A stretch of 64,000 nt of DNA. Source: a virus. The stretch spans positions 64,509 through 128,508 of the IMG/VR virus record IMGVR_UViG_3300040801_001812; one strand, given 5' to 3'. The position numbers were made by a program, and so were the translations under genes. The notes beneath the pieces are model-generated. The model searched no databases and was not told where the DNA came from. It saw nothing but the letters and a program-made list of their open reading frames with translations. Of the stretch, positions 17,659 to 27,200 are shown piece by piece (the first letter of the stretch is position 1; every line of letters starts with the position of its first letter).

Positions 17659-17699
17659 CTAATCCTCCATAATGTGGGCATATAATAAACACCCCTCTA

Positions 17700-20258
17700 T
17701 TAAACTGTGGGCATCTGGTGGTGTGGCCAACTATCAGTGGGTGCCCCAATCCAGAACCCGAGTAGCCAAGCGTCCCTCAAATAGGTATTTAACTGGGCAC
17801 TGGCATACACACGGAAGATGTTCAGTTCGGTCAGACCATCAGCCAGACCGGAACCATTCGCTAGAGTCACGGTCGTCTCGGCTGCGTGATCTGTCCCGGT
17901 GGTTGAGTAAATTGAACGGGTATAGAGCTGACCGGTAGATGGGAACCACTCCATCCGAATGCAAAGCCAAGCATTGGCCTGATCACAGCTCTGTGGGGTG
18001 GAATGAATTACCCCGGCAGAATCGACATACGATGAACGCTGAATATCGTATGGGCTTGCTCGCCATACGGCAACCTGGACCCCATCTTCATCGGTGTTTC
18101 CATCCCTGGATTTGTTCCAAACACCAACATAGGGTCCTGCGGGTCCAGACGTTTCGTGAGATATCCAATAAGACAAGCGGAATCCCCCAGTGGCATCGAC
18201 TGGATCTGGCAGAGTAAACTCTCCGATGCAGGCGTTAGTGGGGTCGGTGTCAAAGTGAAGGCATTTTCGACTTGGATCCCAACCGTGAATCCTGTTTGAA
18301 ACAACAGTTGGAGCGACACCAGTTTCACCCGGAGGCTTAACCCAACCGTCTGGCGTTGCTCCAATCGTCGCGTCGTCAAACCTGTGGAAGTAAGGGAGAG
18401 AGAGGTACGAAGAGGCACTTCCTCCCCAGTCTTCAAACAGCTCGTCCTCAGCTTCCCAGTTATCCGCCTGCATTTCCCAAGGCGTCTCCCCAGATGGGTT
18501 CTGCTCAACCCGCAACACCGACAGAGGACGCGTAGCGTAGCCAAACTCTCGCGTAAGGGTGTTAGCATGACCAGCAGCACTCAGGACGTCTGTGAAACCC
18601 CTGGAGGGGAAGTCGGCCTTATCGATGAACGGCACTGGACCAGTGGCCGGATACAAGTTCATCCCATCCCGAGTGAGAGGAAGGGTGTATGGTTCTTCTG
18701 GGATCCACGAGACCTCGACGTACAGATCCTCAGGTGGGTGACAGTAGCCTTCTTGTGGGTCACGCACATGCGGGAATGGAAGCTCGGAAGAACCACGCGG
18801 GAAGAGACCAGAGCGATCACACGGGGGGATCTCTGTGGAGTAGCTGTAGTCTACTACAATATCCGTGCCATTATCTGGTTCGTAGCCCGAGTCGAAGTCC
18901 ATCCACCACGCGCCGGTTAGGTAATCCAGAACGCCCGTAACCCCTTCTGCGATAAGGACACCTTCTTCGCCAACGTCTTCAACGTCAACCGGGGAACCTC
19001 CGATAGTAACCGTGAAAACGACCCCTGGGAACATCCAAGCATTGGCGAGAGTACCTGAAACATGGTCTAACCCAGCCGAGGCTACGCTGTAGGTGACCTC
19101 GTCTACAACATCAGTGGCTACAACGGACCCGGCCAACGGGGTCGTAAGCGCCAAGGGGTTCGAACCCAAAAGACGTTCATCCAAACGGGTGTACTGGATG
19201 TCGTCTTGGTCGCAGTAGCCTAGATACCAGCCCTTCTCGTCCCGAACCGGGTTTGCCGTCATGATTGACGTTGGTTCGACGGGGTCGTCTACCTGCTCCT
19301 GCATCTCGGTCAAGAACTCTAGCCATTCAAGAACAGCGAACACGGGGCGCAGGAACTCAATCCTACGGTGCATGTAGTTGAAGTCGGGAGTATCGAAATG
19401 GAGCCTCAGCAGGGCACCAGCAGCCGATAGCTCGTCAACCATCTCATACCACGCCTCGTCCTCTCCAACCTCCTCGGCGAGCGCCTCGTACTCGTCGATG
19501 AGCAACTGGGGAGTTGCCCCCCACTCGATGAACACGTGTCGGTCGCCTACGATCCCTCGGAGACGGATGCCATAGTGCGGACTACGGTACCACGTGCCTC
19601 CGTTCTCGATCAAAAGAGGAAAATCGTTCGGCGGATCATTTCCCGCTGCCACACCAGGGATTGTATCGGTGAAGGTTGCGTAATCCTCTGTCCATAGCGG
19701 GATCATCTCTGTGTCGAACCCAAAGGCGTACAGGATTGCCCGGAACGCCTTACGGCTACCCTTGGCTTTATACCAGTCAATAGCCGTCCGAAGTTGTCTC
19801 CGCTGCTCAGCCGTGTTGTCCACATCTTCCAGGGGGAAGTTCAGCATCTCTGCGATTACACGGAGGTACCGTGGGGGGCAATGCTCGATATCAAGAATGA
19901 GTGGTAACTCGTCGATAGCCTGCTTGATCTCGTCCAACGTGATAGCGAACACCTGGGTAAACGCATCGAGGGCACCGTCACCCCCACCCTCAGGAATTGT
20001 CTGGACGTCCTTCCTCCAATATTCGTAAGGGAGGAAATTGAGGATATTGTCCTGAAAATAGGTCTGGGTGATGGACTCGATCAAGATGGTCCCGCTATCC
20101 CGTGCGATATCCTGACTCGGAATAACCGCAATACGTCCACTAGCGTGCGTTGGTTCAACAACGTAGATGACCGCACTCCCCGCATAGAGTGGGTCAATGA
20201 TGAAGATTCGACCTGAACCTTCAGTGGCCGGGATCGTTGGAGGAGATGGCAGAGGCAT
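17700..20258 (-). CDS. baseplate wedge protein (P2 gpI / T4 gp7-like) with C-terminal lectin-like domain
   Basis: LDIEHCPPRYLRVIA...RRQLRTAIDWYKAKGS..AFRAIL tail_P2_I pattern; beta-sandwich C-terminus. Confidence 0.75.
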   Translation of the reverse strand: MPLPSPPTIPATEGSGRIFIIDPLYAGSAVIYVVEPTHASGRIAVIPSQDIARDSGTILIESITQTYFQDNILNFLPYEYWRKDVQTIPEGGGDGALDAFTQVFAITLDEIKQAIDELPLILDIEHCPPRYLRVIAEMLNFPLEDVDNTAEQRRQLRTAIDWYKAKGSRKAFRAILYAFGFDTEMIPLWTEDYATFTDTIPGVAAGNDPPNDFPLLIENGGTWYRSPHYGIRLRGIVGDRHVFIEWGATPQLLIDEYEALAEEVGEDEAWYEMVDELSAAGALLRLHFDTPDFNYMHRRIEFLRPVFAVLEWLEFLTEMQEQVDDPVEPTSIMTANPVRDEKGWYLGYCDQDDIQYTRLDERLLGSNPLALTTPLAGSVVATDVVDEVTYSVASAGLDHVSGTLANAWMFPGVVFTVTIGGSPVDVEDVGEEGVLIAEGVTGVLDYLTGAWWMDFDSGYEPDNGTDIVVDYSYSTEIPPCDRSGLFPRGSSELPFPHVRDPQEGYCHPPEDLYVEVSWIPEEPYTLPLTRDGMNLYPATGPVPFIDKADFPSRGFTDVLSAAGHANTLTREFGYATRPLSVLRVEQNPSGETPWEMQADNWEAEDELFEDWGGSASSYLSLPYFHRFDDATIGATPDGWVKPPGETGVAPTVVSNRIHGWDPSRKCLHFDTDPTNACIGEFTLPDPVDATGGFRLSYWISHETSGPAGPYVGVWNKSRDGNTDEDGVQVAVWRASPYDIQRSSYVDSAGVIHSTPQSCDQANAWLCIRMEWFPSTGQLYTRSIYSTTGTDHAAETTVTLANGSGLADGLTELNIFRVYASAQLNTYLRDAWLLGFWIGAPTDSWPHHQMPTV

Positions 20259-21520
20259 TAGCTATCCGATGGGCAGTAAACGTCGATGTCGTCGATTTCA
20301 CTACCACTTCCGCTTCGCATCGGTTTGTAGTAGGCAGTGGCGATACCTGAGGCGTTCGTAGCAGCAATCGCCTGGATCGAAGTAGGAACTCCGTTAGCGT
20401 CAAAAAATGTATCCCCGGTGTTATCCTGGATGCTGCCAATACGATCAGTCCAAGTCGAGGAATCGTCAGGATCTTCCCCGTTTATCACGAACTTCGTGTT
20501 GACGCTGGGGATCACAACGTTGAAAGCATCCCGAGCGTGATACTCCAGGGTGATTGGGTCGTCAGAACCGAAAGTCGTCAGGTTATTCCCGATCACGAAG
20601 TTACTTCGATCAGCATCGGGGATTTGGGTAGCACGGTCATAGTAGATCGCCGACTTCCAAGCCAGCGAGCTATTGCTGTTGAGTCCTTCAAACAGCATGA
20701 AGACCTCAGAAGCCATGACTACATAGCCCCAGATGCTCGTAGAGATCGAGGGTGCCCACGTCGTCTGACCCAGATAGCTGAGGTCGTCCTTGTCAAATTT
20801 CAACACGCGGCAGGAGGTAGCGGTTGACCCGGTGTTCACAAACACAATGATGTTTCCATCGTTCGCGATAGCAATACCACGGATCCTTGCCAGCGTGTTG
20901 TTCGACATGTAGTTAGGTGAGAGATCCACCTCGTGACTGGGATCAACATCAGATCCATCCCAGGTAACCGGGTAAGCGTACCGACGAAGCTGGAACTCGT
21001 TGCCGTCGTTGTTGTTGGTCACGATATAGAACGCCGTGCCCTGGTCCACATCCAACCCAGCAACATGGTTCATCTCAACCGGGTCTCCCCCACCACCAAC
21101 GGTGTCAAGAGGCACGCACCCGGTATCTGAACCCGCGCTAAAACCGTCAGCCACCACAAAGCGATGGATAATGGTATTTGGCGAGACCGAAGATGTGCTT
21201 TTGCCCAGGACATAGAGCTTCGCTGTGGCACCTCGGATACAGCCGCACCCAATGGCCCCGTTTGGCCCCCCCTCGTCCTGTTCGTAGACGAACTTATCTT
21301 CCGGGTTCGCAGCAACTTCTGCAAAATCCCAGTCCGACATCGGGTAGTTGGCGTTGCTTGACCCAATATCGATTTTTTTGAAAACCGGGGCGTCATCCTC
21401 AACAAAGCCCGCGTAAATCCACGACCCATACGGGGCCATGAACCACATGCGCCAGGAACCCTGTCCAAGGCCACTCCAGTTTGCCCATACACTTTTCGCT
21501 CCGATAATCGGAAATGACAT
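20258..21520 (-). CDS. baseplate-associated structural protein (propeller-like, Ig-like C-terminus)
   Basis: Context between gp6 and the wedge gene; ARDAFN...V.F and TNASGIATAYY are Big-1-like motifs. Confidence 0.6.
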   Translation of the reverse strand: MSFPIIGAKSVWANWSGLGQGSWRMWFMAPYGSWIYAGFVEDDAPVFKKIDIGSSNANYPMSDWDFAEVAANPEDKFVYEQDEGGPNGAIGCGCIRGATAKLYVLGKSTSSVSPNTIIHRFVVADGFSAGSDTGCVPLDTVGGGGDPVEMNHVAGLDVDQGTAFYIVTNNNDGNEFQLRRYAYPVTWDGSDVDPSHEVDLSPNYMSNNTLARIRGIAIANDGNIIVFVNTGSTATSCRVLKFDKDDLSYLGQTTWAPSISTSIWGYVVMASEVFMLFEGLNSNSSLAWKSAIYYDRATQIPDADRSNFVIGNNLTTFGSDDPITLEYHARDAFNVVIPSVNTKFVINGEDPDDSSTWTDRIGSIQDNTGDTFFDANGVPTSIQAIAATNASGIATAYYKPMRSGSGSEIDDIDVYCPSDS

Positions 21521-21529
21521 TAGTTACTC

Positions 21530-23062
21530 CTACGTAAGAGGTTCTTCACCGGGATAGATGTCTGGCGTTGGTAGCTCTATGGCCTCTGCCATGGTGATGG
21601 TGGCTGAGTTCAACACCGGGACTTCCCACTTCTGGAGCACCACCTCGGTGCCTTTGTCGGTCGTGGTATCGGTATCAGGGTCGTACTCTGTGAAATTCGA
21701 CATGAAGACGTGGTTCACGCCGGGGACCGCCATGACCATCCTGTAGAAAGTGGACTGACGGATATCTTGACCGAAGCCCACGTTCTCCAGTTGGAAAAAT
21801 TCTCGGATGGCATCGGTAACTTGGATACGGACGTTTTCCTGGGAGTAGCCCGGAGTGACGTAGACGGTCATCGCTACGTTGAGATACACATACTCGGGAT
21901 CGATGAAACGCAGTCTAACTGTGATAGGCTGCACCTCCAACAGGTAATCCCGTACGATAGACCGAAGATTTTCTGAAGGAAGGCCCCCTCCGATGGGGAC
22001 GAGGCAGATGTTGGCCCAGTTCATGTTCTCATACGACGGTGGATCCTCTTCCTGTTCGCCCCACACGTTCACGTGCTGGACGCCTCCTAACCTCACGATG
22101 AGGGCGGTGTAGTCGTACTTTGACAAAGGCCGATAGAGAGCCGACAGGGCACCAGGGGCGTTGGTTTTGACCTGCTCCAAGGATTGGCGATCATCGCCCC
22201 CGGCAGCAGCGGCTTCGTTGTTAACCGTGATTCCCTCGACCTTGGCGTTTGTCCTCACTGTGCGGATCGTAGAGAAGACGAGGCTGATTGACCCCGCTCC
22301 AACGTTCCCAGAACTACCGGACGACTGCGTGTAGGAGACTGTGATGGTCTCACCAACCGAAGGAGCACGCCCGTATTTACCGTCTCCGAAGTAGATCCGG
22401 CACACACCCAGGTAGTCAGTTTTGACTACAAAGTGGAAGTCGTTGGTCTCACTGTAGAGGAAGCTCTCCTCCTGAGTCCACTTGACGTTCCCGGTGAGAA
22501 CTTCAATGGTGGAGATATCTACGTCCTGCACACCCAGCTTGACGAACTGGCCTGCGGTCCCATCTGCGGTGAAGGTCTCGGTGTAAGGGTAGCCCTGTAC
22601 GGCTTCCACGGCTTCGCTGGTAAGATCCCCAGCGGGGATCGTGGTGTTTTCAGACGTGAGGAACATCCCCGCGTTTCCAGCTCCACCACCAGCAGCAACA
22701 CCGATTCGAGTACCCTTTGGGATAAACACCTCTTCGGTTAGTTCTGTGGGGAGCGTGAACTTCACGTCAGCCCGCGCCGATGTCCGCTCGCGGATACGGT
22801 ATCCAATCAACTGGGTCAGGCGGTACACGTTCTCAGGCTGGCGGACAGTGGGGAGGAAGGCTTCGAGAGCGTTGGAATCCAGGTAGAACGCGAGCATGTC
22901 GCCGAGACCGGCCATCACCTCGACGAGGGTGACCGAGACAGATGACTCGTTCAGATCGGTGATCTGTCCATTCGACAACAGCGGTAGACGAGCAATCATC
23001 TCCGTACGGAGAGTCCCGAAGTCTTTCAGGAAGTAGTCAGCTTTGAACTTGGTGTCAGACAT
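21530..23062 (-). CDS. gp6: baseplate wedge subunit gp6 / baseplate J
   Basis: DF..LR, D.NES, FYLD...E.FL.T, IYFGDG.YG..P, GG.D..S.E..K.NAP motifs. Confidence 0.9.
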   Translation of the reverse strand: MSDTKFKADYFLKDFGTLRTEMIARLPLLSNGQITDLNESSVSVTLVEVMAGLGDMLAFYLDSNALEAFLPTVRQPENVYRLTQLIGYRIRERTSARADVKFTLPTELTEEVFIPKGTRIGVAAGGGAGNAGMFLTSENTTIPAGDLTSEAVEAVQGYPYTETFTADGTAGQFVKLGVQDVDISTIEVLTGNVKWTQEESFLYSETNDFHFVVKTDYLGVCRIYFGDGKYGRAPSVGETITVSYTQSSGSSGNVGAGSISLVFSTIRTVRTNAKVEGITVNNEAAAAGGDDRQSLEQVKTNAPGALSALYRPLSKYDYTALIVRLGGVQHVNVWGEQEEDPPSYENMNWANICLVPIGGGLPSENLRSIVRDYLLEVQPITVRLRFIDPEYVYLNVAMTVYVTPGYSQENVRIQVTDAIREFFQLENVGFGQDIRQSTFYRMVMAVPGVNHVFMSNFTEYDPDTDTTTDKGTEVVLQKWEVPVLNSATITMAEAIELPTPDIYPGEEPLT

Positions 23063-23064
23063 GC

Positions 23065-23586
23065 TTACTCCGTAACCTGACCACGGTTAGCCATCCGTGT
23101 GGCTTCAACCCCGGTGTAAAGGCTCCCGGTCTCAGCGCCCTCACGCACGAAGGGATACACGTAGCTCCCCTTGATGTGCGAGTTGCGGATCCGGTACTGG
23201 ATGTGGACCCCCAGCGTGTGCCCGTCGCTGCTCAGGTTGTCGAGGATCGCGACGTTCAAAATCTCGATGCGCTTCTCCCATCGCTTCAGCGCGTCAGAGG
23301 TGTAGAAGACCAACAGCCTCTTGAGGATGGCATCGTTGGGTTCGAAGACCAAATCTGGAAGTTTACTTCCAAATTCTGGGTTGAACAACCGCTCACCGAT
23401 CCGAGTCGCGAGGATGAGATGGATCGAGTCGCTGATCCTCTCACCCGCATTAGACTGCGGAATGATCCCAACCGTATTCCCGTCCGTGAAGCGCAGAGGA
23501 AAATCAATATCCTGCCCGATAACTTCGAGCAGGTTTGTCTTCACAGTATTTTGGGCGATCAGTTGTTCTTCTTCACTAATGGGCAT
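23065..23586 (-). CDS. gp25: baseplate wedge gp25 / GPW family
   Basis: I..IL.T..GER.FNPEFGS.L..L.FEP...L.RWE.RI. Confidence 0.93.
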   Translation of the reverse strand: MPISEEEQLIAQNTVKTNLLEVIGQDIDFPLRFTDGNTVGIIPQSNAGERISDSIHLILATRIGERLFNPEFGSKLPDLVFEPNDAILKRLLVFYTSDALKRWEKRIEILNVAILDNLSSDGHTLGVHIQYRIRNSHIKGSYVYPFVREGAETGSLYTGVEATRMANRGQVTE

Positions 23587-24229
23587 ACTCTACGCTCCCT
23601 GGAACGAGGACGAAGAAATCCGAGCTGATGGAAAGGTTGCGGATATACGACCCACGCAGCTTGATCTTCCCCTTGTGCCCGAACTGTGGCCCCAAGTTCG
23701 CGAAGGCCACCGCGATGTCACCCGCAGGGTCGAATGAGATAAGACTCGCGATGTGGCCACCTAATAAACCCTCTCCGGGCTTAGGCATCGGGACAACACC
23801 GGTAGTCTCGGCCTTGAGGAAGCTGTCGTAGACAGAACCTCCTACCATCGGGGATAGTCCCTCGGCTAACGCCAGCTTGAGTTGCTTCCAACTAGCAATG
23901 CGGTGAAGGGTGTATTGGAGGATGGTTTTTTTGTTTAGCTCACCCACCAATTCATAGATAGAATCGGATATTCCGGTTGTCCGCATCATGTGCTCGTGGA
24001 GTACCGGGAGGTCTTCTTCTGTAGGTACTGCTTGTGTAGGGGCGTGTGAGTTTATTCCAACGGATAACAGTAGGGCGTTCAGAAGCGGACCCCCCGTAAA
24101 ATGACGGGGGGAACCGTTGAGACCTGTGAGATCTACCTGGAGTAGCTCATCTGGGGCCTCGCGGATTGACCGTGCCTTGTACTCATGCGGCACATTCATA
24201 TTGGGTAATTGTGGGCGGTACGTGAACAT
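23576..24229 (-). CDS. papain-fold (C1-like) protein, apparently catalytically degenerate
   Basis: LK.AL..G..P..G..VYDSF...G..P.P...E...GGH pattern retained; GSCW absent and NSWG replaced by ANLG. Confidence 0.6.
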   Translation of the reverse strand: MFTYRPQLPNMNVPHEYKARSIREAPDELLQVDLTGLNGSPRHFTGGPLLNALLLSVGINSHAPTQAVPTEEDLPVLHEHMMRTTGISDSIYELVGELNKKTILQYTLHRIASWKQLKLALAEGLSPMVGGSVYDSFLKAETTGVVPMPKPGEGLLGGHIASLISFDPAGDIAVAFANLGPQFGHKGKIKLRGSYIRNLSISSDFFVLVPGSVEYAH

Positions 24230-24237
24230 TAAGCCTC

Positions 24238-27200
24238 CTACGGAGAGTGAGTCGGGGCAGTACCACCAACAGAACTGTGGTCGCCTGCGGATTGAAGCAA
24301 CAGATCGTTAGCGGCATCGATTGTGATATCTCCATTCGCTGAGGAATCAGCATGGATGTCAATCCCATAATTGGTGGCCCCGATATCTATAGCGTTGAGG
24401 GCAGTGACGGTAACATCTGCTCCCCCCATAGCAAGCTCCCCTTTATCGGCTGCCGTACCCCATTGGATACTTGTAGAATCCCCAGCAAGCTCCTGCCAGT
24501 TGTTGTGGATCCATGCGTAATCTCGGTGAAAATAAGCCCCCGTTTTACCTACAACTCCTGGTTGCGTAGCATCCGTTCCGTTGACAGTTAAAGCAGTACC
24601 TCTTCCCCCAAAACTACTCGTTGATGGCGTGTTCCCAACAGCGACAGAAGACACCGCAGTGTACCCCTCATACCCGTGGTCGATTGACACTCCCCCGCCA
24701 ACACCAAGACACGCTGCCTGATTTAGCAGGTCGCCTGTGCATCCCACAGCAATACCACCCGCCTCAGGGTAAACCCGAGTGTAGCCTGTAACGCCCACTG
24801 AACAAACGCCTCCACCATATGTGCTGGAAGCCGCATTCTTAGTCCCTCCAACATGCAAGGCTCCACCACCTGAGATAATTCCTCCTGTGCCATCCGAACC
24901 AATAAAAGCCACGCCTTTATCGCAAATCATACTTGCCGTACCACCGACCATTAGACCGCCATCCCCGCCACCGAAAAGAAGTCCATCGGCCCCAACGCTG
25001 AGGAAGTCCCCATCTCCCCGCGAGTTGTAGAATGACCCACCAACAAGAACTACACCGTCTGAAGCCTTAAACTCCCCTGTAGCCCCGCACCCAACAGCCA
25101 GTGCGGTAGTGAAATTTGACCCGACCATGTCAGTGATACCAACACCGATAGCGTCTGTCCCGCTCTGGATCTTATCTCCCTTTGCGACTACCGTTTGGGG
25201 GCAACCATCGACTTCGTCAAGGTCTGCCCCAACCACAGAACCCGCAAATTGAATACGCCCTTCAAGGGAAGCTAGAAGAGCGGCCCCACCGTTTTGCATA
25301 TTGATGTTATGGGGTTGTCGGGCACAGATTAGCCCGATTTTGTCGCCGTGGCAAGTTAACTCTGAGTTGTGTCGTGCCGTGATAACTCCAATATCTCCAG
25401 ACCCCGTCACGATCCCACCCTCGGAACGTGCAGAAATTACCCCTGAAGTGAGGTACACAGTTAGATTGTCCGAGAAAGTACTACGAGCAATGATAACACC
25501 ACTACCATCTCCAATAACCGCGTCCCCTCCAGAAGAGTCCCATCGGGAACCCACAACACCTGAATAACGGCCAACATTGAATTGATCAAGCTCCGAACCA
25601 GCAAACATCAACCCAGCGTTCTCGCCAAATGTGGTGTATGCTACTTCAGACCCCACATCTACCCAGCTCGCGTCGTTTCCAAAACTGATCTCATCGGATA
25701 CGATATGCCCGGACACCACCCCACAGTCATCACCAAAGATGAACTCATCACCGGCAGCACGATTGACTAGGAAAGAGCTAGATCCAGCATTTTCTGAAGC
25801 GGCTACCTCTACTCGGTTGAGAAGGAGGGCGCTTTCAGCCTCGGTCGATACGTTTTCGAAAGCTGCATTGTTAACTAGCAGGGCAGCATGGGTATCCAGC
25901 TCTGTGGTACCCCCAATTTGCCCGTTGTTGATGATCAACGCCGCCATCGCACCAGAGCTTAGGTCTCCTGTGATCTGGACTCGGTTCAAGACTACGCTGC
26001 TATCATTGCCTGCGAGGTCTAGCTCATCGCAGTCAAAACCACTACCCTCCAGCACCTGGGAGGATCCTGTCAGCGTAACCTTCTTCTCGCTAGTCACCTT
26101 TGAAAACTGAAGAACGCTGTCTGACACCGCATCAACGCCTGCGTCCCAATTAGCGTAGACTCCCCGCACAACACTACCGGTCACCGACCACGTTTCGGCT
26201 CCGACCAGGGGTGTTGAACACCTAATAGCCTCGAACACCGAATTGGTGATGTTAACTTCTTCCTCCCCTGTGAGTTCACTATCGTAAATGTAGAATACAC
26301 AGGAGTTCAGCGTTAGCGTTTTGTCAGGGCCATCGTTAGCCCCAAGATCGATAGTAGAGTTGTACAGGCTGTATTGACACTGGTCCAGAGAAAAGCCACA
26401 AGTGAGGGTGGTTTCGATAGCTTCTCCCGTGCACTTTTCGAAAGACACGGAACCGTTAAGATTACAGTACTTTAGGTGTACATTAGAGTCCGTGATGGAC
26501 ACCTTCCCCTTACTGGCTGTCACATCCACCTTGGTCATCTCAACCGTAGTGATGCCTTCTCCGTTGAGGATATCCAACGCCTTAGTGTCTTGATCCTGGG
26601 CTTCGACTACCGTGGTTTGGTCTCCGAGGACATGGAGATCGATGACCCCATCTACGTGAACACTCGTTTCTCCCGAATCTGGAGCCGTCCAGCTAGGACA
26701 GTTCACGATGAAAAGCTCAGTGCAGTTATGCGCGTGTAGTGCCTTCTTACCACGGACACTATCAATATTTTCGAGCCTCATGTAGGGGCAACCATCAGCG
26801 TATACGCCGTTTAGTGAGCCGTCTGTGTTCTCAAAACTCGCGTAGTTCGCGATAACCCCACTTACGTCATGGGCGTACACAAGATGCTCGGACCCCGTAT
26901 CCGCTACAACCGTACCTTTTTCGGATGTGCAGTGCATTTGGACATCGCCACACTCATGGAGGTGCACACCCCCCTGGCACTCTGAAGCCGTGAAGTTGAC
27001 AACGTCAACCAGCTCAATCTTACCCAGCCCCGCACCGTTCGACTGGAGATATGCGATATACCCAGAAGTAGTTCCCGCATCCAGGGTAGGGATGTTAACC
27101 AGCCGAATATGGGCTGTAGCTGTGATGCTGACAAGATCTCCCGAAGGCTCCGAGGCAGTAATAGTCCCGATGTCTCGCAGTTCGACGAAGGACCCTGTAG

